IMG/VR virus record: IMGVR_UViG_3300042473_001540
Span: 1 to 64,000 of that record
Length of the DNA: 64,000 nucleotides
Direction: 5' to 3' (one strand)
Shown here: positions 38,359-47,400 of the stretch, piece after piece
Layout of the letters: the number at the start of each line of letters is the position of its first letter
Position numbering within the stretch: the first letter of the stretch is position 1
Program-made: the position numbers and the translations under genes
Notes under the pieces: generated by a model
The model's database searches: none
Seen by the model: the letters and a program-made list of their open reading frames with translations, nothing else
What the model was told of the DNA's origin: nothing

Positions 38359-38678
38359 TATTTGCCCAACTCATTCAAGGTGTCCACATCCACAAAAGTT
38401 TTGTCTGTGCCTGAGGTCATTATACAAGTGAGGCTCTCACTTTGTCCAGGCACGCTGAGAGTATTTGTTACTAAGATTTCTTTTTGAGGGTTGATCCATA
38501 CTGACACCATCTGGGTTTGAAACTGACTTACAATAACAGGCTGGTAATTTTCCTTCTTAAACATAGCAAAAGCTTGGCTTGTGGTTGTGCAAAGTTTTTT
38601 GCTGTCAACAGGGGTCCAAGCTTGGGCACATGATATGGTTAGCAGAGAAAAAGCTAGAGACAAAATGGGGAGACGCAT
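38358..38678 (-). CDS. Secreted hypothetical protein
   Basis: Signal peptide MRLPILSLAFSLLTISCAQA; TAAATA upstream. Confidence 0.65.
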   Translation of the reverse strand: MRLPILSLAFSLLTISCAQAWTPVDSKKLCTTTSQAFAMFKKENYQPVIVSQFQTQMVSVWINPQKEILVTNTLSVPGQSESLTCIMTSGTDKTFVDVDTLNELGK

Positions 38679-38805
38679 CAGAAAGTCCTTGAGGTTTTTC
38701 CTATTTATCAAAGGTTGACGGTGGCGAAAAAACCGCGTATAACAATGATGTTGAAGCGCACTACACGGTGTGTGGCAAACAAAAGGAGACTATATACTAC
38801 TGGAT

Positions 38806-38891
38806 GCCCTGGTGGCGGAACGGTCTACGCGGATGACTCAAAATCATCTCCTCTTACGAGGTTGGGAGTTCGAATCTCCCCTAGGGCACCA
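38806..38891 (+). tRNA. tRNA-Leu(CAA)
   Basis: Class II cloverleaf, CCA. Confidence 0.92.
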
Positions 38892-38912
38892 AAATTTTGG
38901 AAGTGACTTTGA

Positions 38913-38988
38913 TGGGGAGTAGCTCAATTGGTGGAGCATCCGACTTTGAATCGGAAGGCCGTGGGATCGTACCCCACCTCCCCTACCA
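38913..38988 (+). tRNA. tRNA-Gln(TTG)
   Basis: TCCGA-CTTTGAA-TCGGA; CCA. Confidence 0.85.
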
Positions 38989-39010
38989 ACTTTTAAGACT
39001 TGTACCATGT

Positions 39011-39084
39011 GGCCCTGTATCCCAATTGGCAGAGGAGACAGACTTAAAATCTGTTAGTTGAGGGTTCGAATCCCTCTGGGGCCA
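39011..39084 (+). tRNA. tRNA-Leu(TAA), short variable loop
   Basis: ACAGA-CTTAAAA-TCTGT; TTCGAAT. Confidence 0.85.
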
Positions 39085-39183
39085 TATTCCCTTATAGGAT
39101 AGGTTCTCCGGTTCGGAGATTATATTTTTCAATTATTTTCCCTGTTATTGTGTATGTCTTGGAACACCAGCTATAATTCCTAT

Positions 39184-39873
39184 ATGACATACCTAGATAT
39201 ACAACAACATCACAAGCCAAATCATAAACATCCTTTCAAGAATCTGCTGTTCACCTGGTTCAATGAAGTCTACTCCCGGGAGCTCACAGCTAAGGAATAT
39301 TATCTCCAAATCCCAGGCATGAGTGGAAAAAAGTATCGCTATCTCATGAACAAAATTTCCAGCAGCTTGGAGGAAGCTCGCTACTTGGAAATAGGCAGTT
39401 GGAAAGGCAGCACACTTTGCAGCGTGTTGAGCAACAATAGGGTGCAAGCCACAGCCATTGACAATTGGAGTCAGTTTGATGGCCCCAGGGATGAATTTTT
39501 TGCCAATGTAGACAAGACAATCCAGCTGGGAACCCAACTCACAGTGTTGGAAAAGGATTTTCGTTCAATTGACTATAGCACTCTAGGCAAGTTCAACATG
39601 TATTTGTTTGATGGTCCACACACTGCACAAGATCAATATGATGGCTTGATGATGGCCCAACCCGCTCTAGATCCTGATTATCTTCTTGTGGTAGATGATT
39701 GGAACTGGCCGCCTGCTAGAGAAGGAACACATCGAGCCTTGAGAGAATTGGGGGCTGAGGTCAGCTATATCACAATTATGACCACACCAGATGGCAGTCA
39801 TCCCAACAATCATAGTGAAAACAGTGATTGGCACAATGGGTATTTTCTTGCTGCGGTTTCCAAGAAAGCTTGA
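39184..39873 (+). CDS. Class I SAM-dependent methyltransferase
   Basis: YLEIGSWKGST, FDGPH, VVDDWNW. Confidence 0.8.
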   Translation: MTYLDIQQHHKPNHKHPFKNLLFTWFNEVYSRELTAKEYYLQIPGMSGKKYRYLMNKISSSLEEARYLEIGSWKGSTLCSVLSNNRVQATAIDNWSQFDGPRDEFFANVDKTIQLGTQLTVLEKDFRSIDYSTLGKFNMYLFDGPHTAQDQYDGLMMAQPALDPDYLLVVDDWNWPPAREGTHRALRELGAEVSYITIMTTPDGSHPNNHSENSDWHNGYFLAAVSKKA

Positions 39874-39908
39874 CAGTGTTGATATGATAGTGTAATATAG
39901 ATGTGTAA

Positions 39909-39994
39909 GCGGCGTTAGCTCAGGGGTTAGAGCACAAGTCTTCCAAACTTGAGGCGAATAGGTTCCATCGGTTCGAATCCGATACGCCGCTCCA
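39909..39994 (+). tRNA. tRNA-Gly(TCC), enlarged variable region
   Basis: CAAGT-CTTCCAA-ACTTG; U73; CCA. Confidence 0.85.
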
Positions 39995-40124
39995 TTTAAA
40001 CTTACTAACAGTTTTTGAGACGCATACTATCGTGTTTGTTTTTGATTGTGTTAAACTTAAAATTACTACAAACATTCGTAGTTGACGTTGCAGAAAAGAT
40101 CAATATAGTAAAACTACAAGTTAA

Positions 40125-40248
40125 GGATCCGTGGTCTAATTGGATAAGGCAAGAGCCTTCCGGTCCCGCAGGTAGCATTCAAGGTTCGAATCCTTGGGGA
40201 CCGCTCCTAAGCTCTTCGATGGGGGTTCGAATCCCTCCGGGTCCGCCA
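40125..40248 (+). tRNA. tRNA-Arg (probably TCT) with 47-nt tRNA-mimic insertion in anticodon
   Basis: GGATCCG/CGGGTCC-GCCA; AGAGC/GCTCT stem; two TTCGAAT T arms. Confidence 0.8.
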
Positions 40249-40280
40249 CTTACTACACTCTTATAAAAGAACCCAACCTA

Positions 40281-41072
40281 ATGCAACCACTCACCCCCGA
40301 TCAAACCCAACGCATAAAAGAATTATGGCATCAAGCCGAAGGAATTGTGATCTTGGCTGGTGCCGGCATGAGTGTAGACAGTGGCTTGCCAGATTTTCGA
40401 GGCGCCACAGGCTTGTGGACCGAGGCCAAAGAAAACTTTCTCAAGAAAGCTACAGCCAAAAGTTTTGACACCAATCCCCTTGAGGCTTGGAACTTTTACG
40501 TTGGCCGCATGATTAAATATCAAGACACTGTCCCACATGAGGGTTACAAGATCCTCCTGGATCTCCTACAATCACACAACAAAAAAAGTTTTGTAGTAAC
40601 CAGTAATGTTGATGGCCATTTTTTGAAAGCTGGTTATGACCCACAATATCTCTATGAGATACATGGCAATCTGCGAAAAATTCAGTGCACTCAACCCTGT
40701 TGCCGAAACTTACCCTCTATGCCAAAATTTTCTTCCCTGCTCACCTCAGAACAGGAAATCCCCAAATGCCCCTACTGCAACAAGAATGCTCGACCAAATG
40801 TGCTGATGTTCAACGACCCAGGGATTGTTTGGACACAAATTGATCAAGGTCAAGAAAATTTTCGGAATTGGGCAGCATCAAAGATGGAGGTTTTGGGTAT
40901 TGAAATTGGTGCAGGAACTGGAATCCCCAGCATTAGGATCTTTGGTCAAGAACGCACCACTAACTTGATTCGCATCAATCCACATGAGTTTGAAACTTCA
41001 CGTACAAGTGATTTAGGAATCTCTGCCGGTGGGTTAGAAGGGATACGGGCCCTAGAGAGGGCTGTGGGCTAG
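40281..41072 (+). CDS. Sir2-family NAD-dependent deacylase
   Basis: GAGMSVDSGLPDFRG, TSNVDG, EIHG, CxxC pairs, RPNVLMF. Confidence 0.9.
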   Translation: MQPLTPDQTQRIKELWHQAEGIVILAGAGMSVDSGLPDFRGATGLWTEAKENFLKKATAKSFDTNPLEAWNFYVGRMIKYQDTVPHEGYKILLDLLQSHNKKSFVVTSNVDGHFLKAGYDPQYLYEIHGNLRKIQCTQPCCRNLPSMPKFSSLLTSEQEIPKCPYCNKNARPNVLMFNDPGIVWTQIDQGQENFRNWAASKMEVLGIEIGAGTGIPSIRIFGQERTTNLIRINPHEFETSRTSDLGISAGGLEGIRALERAVG

Positions 41073-41166
41073 CCTTACGCCCTCGCTATCTCTTGCTGAT
41101 GTTGCATATGGTTATTTAAAGAATCTCCTAGAGATATAAATAATTTAAAATCTTAAGGAATACTCT

Positions 41167-41412
41167 ATGAGCGACGACATCAAAAAATACAGAGCCATTG
41201 TGGAACAATCACACGCTAATGTATCAGGCAAAAAGAGGTTGACAGAAAATACCCAATCAACAGCACAAATGATTCTAGAGAGCCTACAAGGACAAAAGGT
41301 CAGCAAGGACCAATTGTTTGGCGCGCTAATCAACAATCCTCGCATTCGCTCTAGTTCTGCTGCTGTGCGTGTGTTGCAGGAAATGAAGGCTGGTCTCAAA
41401 AAGTCTGTGTGA
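41167..41412 (+). CDS. Hypothetical protein
   Basis: TATAAATA and AAGGA upstream. Confidence 0.6.
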   Translation: MSDDIKKYRAIVEQSHANVSGKKRLTENTQSTAQMILESLQGQKVSKDQLFGALINNPRIRSSSAAVRVLQEMKAGLKKSV

Positions 41413-41439
41413 AACACAACTGATTATAGTCAATAATTT

Positions 41440-41476
41440 AGTCCTGACCTGGAAACTCTGGGTCAGGACTTTCTTT
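41440..41476 (+). terminator. Probable intrinsic terminator
   Basis: AGTCCTGACC/GGTCAGGACT stem then TTCTTT. Confidence 0.6.
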
Positions 41477-41507
41477 GGTTAAATACTCGACCTAGGAGAC
41501 GTAGAGA

Positions 41508-42464
41508 ATGCAACTGGATCAAGTATTAGCACAAGAAAATCAAAACCTTACAGAGGCATTGGGCAAGTGGGGCACGCTGGGGGCACTGGGCTTGAGTGCA
41601 GCTTTGGGTGCCTATGGTGGCTCTGCTCAAGGAAGTGCATTAGCCAAAAGCCTTTTGGGCAAAAGTGCACCTGGCCAAGAGCGAGTGGTTTCTCCATCAA
41701 TTCCTCCACTGGCTGTGCCACCAACAGCATCCACACCACAAACCGTTGCGCCCAAGCCCGCAACCGACCTTCCCCTGCCCCCAATTCCGCCAAAAGCTGT
41801 GCCAACAGTGAAACCCAGTGGCAAAGATGTGCATCCCAATTTTCCGCCAGCCCTACAATCTCAGCCTACAGCAGCTCCTGGCGACAAAATCAACAGCTTT
41901 GTACAAAACTTGTTGCCTAGTATTCGTGAGATAAATCAAGAAATATTACGTGACAGGACGACGTTGAAATCTATTATGCAGAGGCAAAGTCTCACACCAG
42001 CACAACAAACATGGCTGGAAGACAAGATGACCCGTTACAGAGCTAGTAATGTTCGTGAGCTGTTGCAAAAGATGGATGTGATTCCTCCCAGCTTGGTATT
42101 GAGCCAAGCAGGCTTGGAAAGCGGCTGGGGAACATCAGACATTGCCCGCCAATTCAATGCCTTTTTTGGTCAAAAAACTTGGGGAGACAAAAATGCTGTT
42201 ATTGCACCTGGTGGTGAACGCTATCAAACCTTTGACAATCCCGCCCAAAGCATACGAAGTTACATTCAAAATTTGAACAGTCATCCTGCTTATCAAAGTT
42301 TGCGACAAACTCGAGCACAGCTTAGGAAAGCCAACAAGCCCTTGACAGGCGATGTATTGGCTACTGGGTTGGAAAAATACAGCACCAAGGGCAAGGATTA
42401 TGTACGCCAAGTTCAAGGCATGATCCGGGGCAGACAGTGGACAGATTTGGATAAAAATCACTAG
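41508..42464 (+). CDS. GH73 glucosaminidase (Bax-like) peptidoglycan hydrolase
   Basis: QAGLESGWGTS, FFGQ, YIQNLNSHPAY, LEKYST. Confidence 0.85.
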   Translation: MQLDQVLAQENQNLTEALGKWGTLGALGLSAALGAYGGSAQGSALAKSLLGKSAPGQERVVSPSIPPLAVPPTASTPQTVAPKPATDLPLPPIPPKAVPTVKPSGKDVHPNFPPALQSQPTAAPGDKINSFVQNLLPSIREINQEILRDRTTLKSIMQRQSLTPAQQTWLEDKMTRYRASNVRELLQKMDVIPPSLVLSQAGLESGWGTSDIARQFNAFFGQKTWGDKNAVIAPGGERYQTFDNPAQSIRSYIQNLNSHPAYQSLRQTRAQLRKANKPLTGDVLATGLEKYSTKGKDYVRQVQGMIRGRQWTDLDKNH

Positions 42465-42501
42465 TATTGTATACTCCAACTAAAAATTTGGAGAACTAGA
42501 G

Positions 42502-43881
42502 TTGAGTTACAAAGGTAAAATTGTTATTTTGGGATTTGGCAGCATTGGCAGTGGACTTTTACCATTGTTGCTCAAACATTTTCAGCCGGAAAAGATTTTA
42601 GTTATTGGTGCTGATGACCGAAACATCAACATCTCCGCCAAATACAGTGTGGCTCACATTATTGAGCCAGTGCTTCCTGGTAATTATCAAAGTGTGCTGG
42701 CTCGCTATACTCAACCGGGTGATTTTTTGGTCAATCTCAGTGTAAATGTGAGTAGCAAGGCCCTAGTTGAGTGGTGCCAACTGAACCAAGTTCTCTACCA
42801 AGACACTTGTATTGAGCCCTGGGAAGGTTTTTATACTGACACAAGCCTTCCAGTAGAGCGTAGGAGCAATTATGCACTACGCCAAGAGATGTTGGACTAC
42901 AGAGCCAACCTGCCCAACGGAAACAAAGGCCCTACAGCCATTATGGCACACGGTGCCAATCCAGGCCTAGTGAATCATTTTGTGAAGCGTGCGCTTTTGA
43001 ACATTGCATACAAACTGGGAAGCAACCTAAACCCAAAAACACGAGCTGATTGGACCACTCTCTCCCAAACACTGGGCTTGAAAGTGATCCACATTGCTGA
43101 ACGCGATACTCAAACTCCCAAGAGTCCAAAAGCTCGCGGCGAGTTTGTGAACACCTGGAGTGTGGATGGCTTTGTGAGTGAGGGCTTGCAACCCAGTGAG
43201 TTGGGCTGGGGAACTCATGAGAAAAGTTTACCCCAGGATGCCCAACGTTTCAGCTTTGGTTGTCAGTCTGCGATCTACTTGAACCGACCAGGTTGTGTTA
43301 CCAAGGTACGGAGTTGGACACCTGGCGAAGGGGCGTATCAAGGTTGGTTGGTAACACACAATGAAAGCATCAGCATCTCTGACTACTTCAGCAACAGTGA
43401 GTATCGTCCCACAGTGCATTACGCATATCATCCCTGTGACTCAGCAGTAATGAGCATGCACGAGCTGGCTGGCAAAAACTACACTCAACAAACCTCTCAA
43501 AGACTCATTGTGGATGAAGTAGAAAGTGGGGTAGATGAGCTGGGGGTGTTGCTCATGGGAACATTTGGGGCCTATTGGTATGGCAGCCATCTCAGCATTC
43601 AAGAGGCAAGGAAACTGGCTCCCCACAACAATGCCACAAGCTTGCAAGTGGTGGCACCAGTGCTGGCAGGAATTTTGTGGGCCATTGAGCATCCCAATGA
43701 GGGCATCCTGGAAGCTGATGAGCTGCCTTTCCAAGAGATTACCAAGGTCACTGATCCCTATATGGGAAATTTGGTTGGCGCCTACACAAACTGGACTCCA
43801 CTGGAGGATCGCGGACTTTTGTTTCCGGAAGAGGTTGACTCAAGTGATCCTTGGCAGTTCCTAAACTTTAGAGTCAGTTGA
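42502..43881 (+). CDS. hss: Homospermidine synthase
   Basis: GFGSIG, HGANPG, HIAERD, NTWSVDGF, HNE, NATSLQV, DPWQF. Confidence 0.93.
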   Translation: MSYKGKIVILGFGSIGSGLLPLLLKHFQPEKILVIGADDRNINISAKYSVAHIIEPVLPGNYQSVLARYTQPGDFLVNLSVNVSSKALVEWCQLNQVLYQDTCIEPWEGFYTDTSLPVERRSNYALRQEMLDYRANLPNGNKGPTAIMAHGANPGLVNHFVKRALLNIAYKLGSNLNPKTRADWTTLSQTLGLKVIHIAERDTQTPKSPKARGEFVNTWSVDGFVSEGLQPSELGWGTHEKSLPQDAQRFSFGCQSAIYLNRPGCVTKVRSWTPGEGAYQGWLVTHNESISISDYFSNSEYRPTVHYAYHPCDSAVMSMHELAGKNYTQQTSQRLIVDEVESGVDELGVLLMGTFGAYWYGSHLSIQEARKLAPHNNATSLQVVAPVLAGILWAIEHPNEGILEADELPFQEITKVTDPYMGNLVGAYTNWTPLEDRGLLFPEEVDSSDPWQFLNFRVS

Positions 43882-43926
43882 CAGACAGCCAATGCATGTT
43901 ATGCTCTATTATTAGAGGAGTAGCAG

Positions 43927-44727
43927 ATGCATTGGATTATTCAGGACAACCTGCTCAATGAGCGCAACTATAGCAGCCTTCTGGAAGCTCTAGTTCGTCT
44001 TCAAATCCCTCATGACATTGTCAAGGTGATTCCGTTCACAAGTGGGTTGCCATGGGAAGAGCGAATTACTCCCCTGGTAGACCCTCAAGGACACGTGATG
44101 GTGAGTGGGAGCATCAGCCTGGCTACACTGGCTACTGATCGTGGTTGGACCCCAGGCAGCTTTCACAATGAGAACCATGACTTTCAAGTGTGGCGTGAAC
44201 ACATGAAAGGTCATCTCCTCAATGAGGAGGCAGTGGTGTGCAAGTTTGGTGATGTGCCCCATTTGTGGGATCGCTTTTTTATCCGACCCACAGAAGACAC
44301 CAAGAGCTTCAACGGGCAGATAATAGACTGGCAGGCGTTCCTATCTTGGCAACGTAAGGTGATTGGATTGCGTGAGACCTATACTACTCTTGATGAGAAC
44401 ACTCCAGTTGTGGTGAGTGAACTCAAACAGATATATCGGGAGGCCCGATTTTTTGTAGTAGATGGAGAAGTCATCACAGGCAGCACCTACAAGATTGGAA
44501 GCCGCGTTTGTCCAACAGCAGAAGTGCCACCCACAATGTGGGAATATGCTCAACGCATGGCTGGAAAGTGGGGACCAGCTCGAGCCTATGTGATTGACCT
44601 GGCTCTTACTGACGATGCTGATGATGGATACAACAAGATTATTGAATACAACTGCTGCAATTGTGCAGGGTTTTATGAGATTGATGTGCAGAAATGGATT
44701 ATGGCCATTGAAAACATGGAGTTTTAG
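43927..44727 (+). CDS. ATP-grasp domain protein (DUF4343-like)
   Basis: FIRPTEDTKSFNG, EARFFVVDG, YVIDLA, IIEYN. Confidence 0.7.
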   Translation: MHWIIQDNLLNERNYSSLLEALVRLQIPHDIVKVIPFTSGLPWEERITPLVDPQGHVMVSGSISLATLATDRGWTPGSFHNENHDFQVWREHMKGHLLNEEAVVCKFGDVPHLWDRFFIRPTEDTKSFNGQIIDWQAFLSWQRKVIGLRETYTTLDENTPVVVSELKQIYREARFFVVDGEVITGSTYKIGSRVCPTAEVPPTMWEYAQRMAGKWGPARAYVIDLALTDDADDGYNKIIEYNCCNCAGFYEIDVQKWIMAIENMEF

Positions 44728-45336
44728 GTGTTCAAGTTGCTGGCCAAGTTGCCTCGAGAACTGGGGGTAGCGTGTAGCGGTGGTGTAGACAGCATGGCGG
44801 TGCTGGATTTTTTGCGCCTCCGGCACAACGTCACTGTGTGTTTTTTTCATCATGACACCGAAACAAGTTCAAAAGCGTTGAGCTTTCTCAGCACATACTG
44901 TTATGAGAACTCCATTCCCATGCGAGTGGATTTTTTGGTTGATGCGTGCCCCAAAGGGGTTTCAATGGAAGAACATTGGCGCAACAGTCGATATGAGTTT
45001 TTGCACAGCATCGAAGGAGTTGTGGTAACAGGGCATCATCTAGATGATTGTGTGGAGACCTATCTCTTCAACTGTTTGCATGGGAAAACACACACCATTC
45101 CCATGTGGCGGAACAATGTGGTGCGACCCTTTCTCACCACACCCAAGAGTGTGTTTGAAAGTTGGTGTGTGAGACATGAGGTGCCTTGGGTTGAGGATGA
45201 GAGCAATAAAGATTTGAAGTATATGCGGAATCACATTCGTCATAAGATTGTACCGGAGGCACTCAAGGTCAATCCAGGCTTGAGGAAGGTGGTCAAGCGG
45301 CTGGTTCTTCAAAGCATGCAAACAGAAAATAGTTGA
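44728..45336 (+). CDS. tilS: tRNA(Ile)-lysidine synthetase (catalytic domain only)
   Basis: SGGVDS PP-loop, GHHLDDCVET, VRPFL, EDESN, RNHIRH. Confidence 0.9.
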   Translation: MFKLLAKLPRELGVACSGGVDSMAVLDFLRLRHNVTVCFFHHDTETSSKALSFLSTYCYENSIPMRVDFLVDACPKGVSMEEHWRNSRYEFLHSIEGVVVTGHHLDDCVETYLFNCLHGKTHTIPMWRNNVVRPFLTTPKSVFESWCVRHEVPWVEDESNKDLKYMRNHIRHKIVPEALKVNPGLRKVVKRLVLQSMQTENS

Positions 45337-45376
45337 CAGACTGCGATTTAGCGCATATTATATGAGCAGTTGATAA

Positions 45377-45450
45377 GGACGCATAGCTCAATTGGTTAGA
45401 GTCGGCCGCTCATAACGGTCTTGTTCCAGGTTCGAGCCCTGGTGTGTCCA
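45377..45450 (+). tRNA. tRNA-Ile2(CAT)
   Basis: GGCCG-CTCATAA-CGGTC; adjacent to tilS. Confidence 0.8.
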
Positions 45451-45501
45451 GTAACCCCCTAACATTTTGACCTCCGTCTCCTGCACCATTATAATCAGCC
45501 T

Positions 45502-46089
45502 ATGCAGCCTCCATTTGAATTCAAGGTGACTGATGTAGTCACCGCACAAACACTTATTAAAAACCAATGGCCAACAAAAATCATCACTCTCTTGGGGCAA
45601 GAATATCCCAATGGTGTGCCCAGCGAGGGAAGTCATCATCTCACTGTCTCTGTTGATGACATCACCTATCCTGCTCCTGGCTGGAACACACCTTCAACAT
45701 TCCATGTTGATACTATTTTGAAATTCTCAAAAGGTTTTGAGCCAACTGATCGAGTGTTGTTTCATTGTTTCGCCGGAATAAGCAGAAGCACTGCAACAGC
45801 AATTGGGGTATTATGCCAACATCAAATCTCTCCAACTGATGCAGTTGTGTTGGTTGAACAAGCTACCGCAGGGTTAGATCCAAATGAACTGATTCTATTT
45901 CACTTTGACAGCCTGTTGGGATTGAAGTTGGGTTTGATGGACAGTTATCGGAGCTGGAGTGTGACTCAAAACGGAAGGCTGGTGAATCGCATGCCACGAA
46001 ACTTCTCAGCTGAGCTTGAGCGCAATGCTCGAGAGTATTACTCTCAAATGAGTCAGCGCAAGAGCATCAAAAATATGGATCTGTTATAA
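45502..46089 (+). CDS. Protein tyrosine/dual-specificity phosphatase-like
   Basis: HCFAGISRS (CX5R). Confidence 0.8.
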   Translation: MQPPFEFKVTDVVTAQTLIKNQWPTKIITLLGQEYPNGVPSEGSHHLTVSVDDITYPAPGWNTPSTFHVDTILKFSKGFEPTDRVLFHCFAGISRSTATAIGVLCQHQISPTDAVVLVEQATAGLDPNELILFHFDSLLGLKLGLMDSYRSWSVTQNGRLVNRMPRNFSAELERNAREYYSQMSQRKSIKNMDLL

Positions 46090-46645
46090 CCCAAACCGTT
46101 CCGCGTCGCATGATGTTGAGGGGATGCAGGTCCAGTCTAGGACCAATCTTTTTCAATTGGCGTGTCATCAGCTGAACCACTTCCTCTGCATCTCTGCTGA
46201 GAGATGAACACTCAATAACGTCTTTGTCTATGTTTGTCCAATATAATGTTTGGCCAAGATTAGCATACAGTTGTTTGGCCACACAAAATGCCTCAGGCAT
46301 TTCAATTTTTATATCAAATTCAGTCACTCGGGCTAGTTTTTCCATTCTCACATAACTGAAAAGCGTGCCAGGAATCTTTCTCTGCTCTCTACTGAATTTG
46401 GGAAAATGTGGGTTTTGAGGCACTCTTTGCGCCAAATCCACAAACTTGGTGTAGAGGCTCCCTGTGGGGTAGATTTTCAGCACATAAAGCTTGCTGGGAT
46501 GCTCGGCCACAGCCGCCTCACTTCCTCTACCCAACACAGTCCAGCCACGCTCTCGCAACAGGTTTGACAGTTCTGTTCCAAACCCATAATTCAATTTGCC
46601 AATGGCTTTGAGCTCACGCTTCAGTTGTAGTTCAGCTAATTGCAT
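46067..46645 (-). CDS. Minimal protein kinase-like protein (paralog of 25870)
   Basis: LGRGSEAAV, VLK, NPHFPKF, RMEKL, DLHPLNIM, ITDP. Confidence 0.7.
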   Translation of the reverse strand: MQLAELQLKRELKAIGKLNYGFGTELSNLLRERGWTVLGRGSEAAVAEHPSKLYVLKIYPTGSLYTKFVDLAQRVPQNPHFPKFSREQRKIPGTLFSYVRMEKLARVTEFDIKIEMPEAFCVAKQLYANLGQTLYWTNIDKDVIECSSLSRDAEEVVQLMTRQLKKIGPRLDLHPLNIMRRGTVWVITDPYF

Positions 46646-46715
46646 ATGATATTTACTGATTTGTGATGAAAATTCTGTTTAAATAAACTAGCTGCTTTAT
46701 TTTGGGAGACAGAGT

Positions 46716-47156
46716 TTGATCGTTGTGCTCAACACGCCACACAGTCCATTAGCCGAGCTCATCCTGGGAGATCCTGTTCGACCTCATATTCCAATTGAAA
46801 CTCGATTCACCAATGGCGAAGTTTGGATGCTGTGCAATGAGCAAGATGATGTTGCGGCTGTGTTGTGTGTAAGTTGGCAGGATTTTGTGCCCGAGAGTGA
46901 AAGTGAGTTGTTCCAATGCAGTGGAGTGAGCCCAAGTGTGGCTGTGTTTTACACGGTGTGGAGTCTCTCACCAGGCGCCGGGCAAAAGATGATCCAGGAA
47001 GCGCAAAAACGTTTGAAACACGCTTATCCACATATTCAGCGTGCAGTAACACTCAGTCCGCCCACAGCTATGGCACGCAAGTTTCATCTCCGGAATGGGG
47101 CATTTGAATTGCAAGTAAATTCCACAACTGTGAATTTTGAATACGCCCTCTCTTGA
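46716..47156 (+). CDS. Hypothetical protein (possible GNAT-like fold)
   Basis: FYTVWS..GAG, TLSP..MARKFHLRNGA. Confidence 0.55.
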   Translation: MIVVLNTPHSPLAELILGDPVRPHIPIETRFTNGEVWMLCNEQDDVAAVLCVSWQDFVPESESELFQCSGVSPSVAVFYTVWSLSPGAGQKMIQEAQKRLKHAYPHIQRAVTLSPPTAMARKFHLRNGAFELQVNSTTVNFEYALS

Positions 47157-47192
47157 CGTTGTGTTTCGAGTCTGCTATACAATGTCTAGTAC

Positions 47193-47266
47193 GGCCCCAT
47201 AAGACAAAGGTAGTCAGCTGGACTCTAAATCCAGTGGTGTGAGTTCAAATCTCACTGGTGCCACCA
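47193..47266 (+). tRNA. Amber suppressor tRNA (CTA)
   Basis: CTGGA-CTCTAAA-TCCAG; TTCAAAT; ACCA; own TTGACG-17-TATACA promoter. Confidence 0.85.
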
Positions 47267-47400
47267 AAAGTTTACAAAAAGGTTTTCAAACAAAATAATG
47301 ACCTAGGTTTCACACAAGTTTGAACTTTTCTTTGACCCGCAAGCGGCCTCTGTGCCCTTGCGGGTTTCTTCATATCAACTCAACAAGAAGGAACAAAAAC

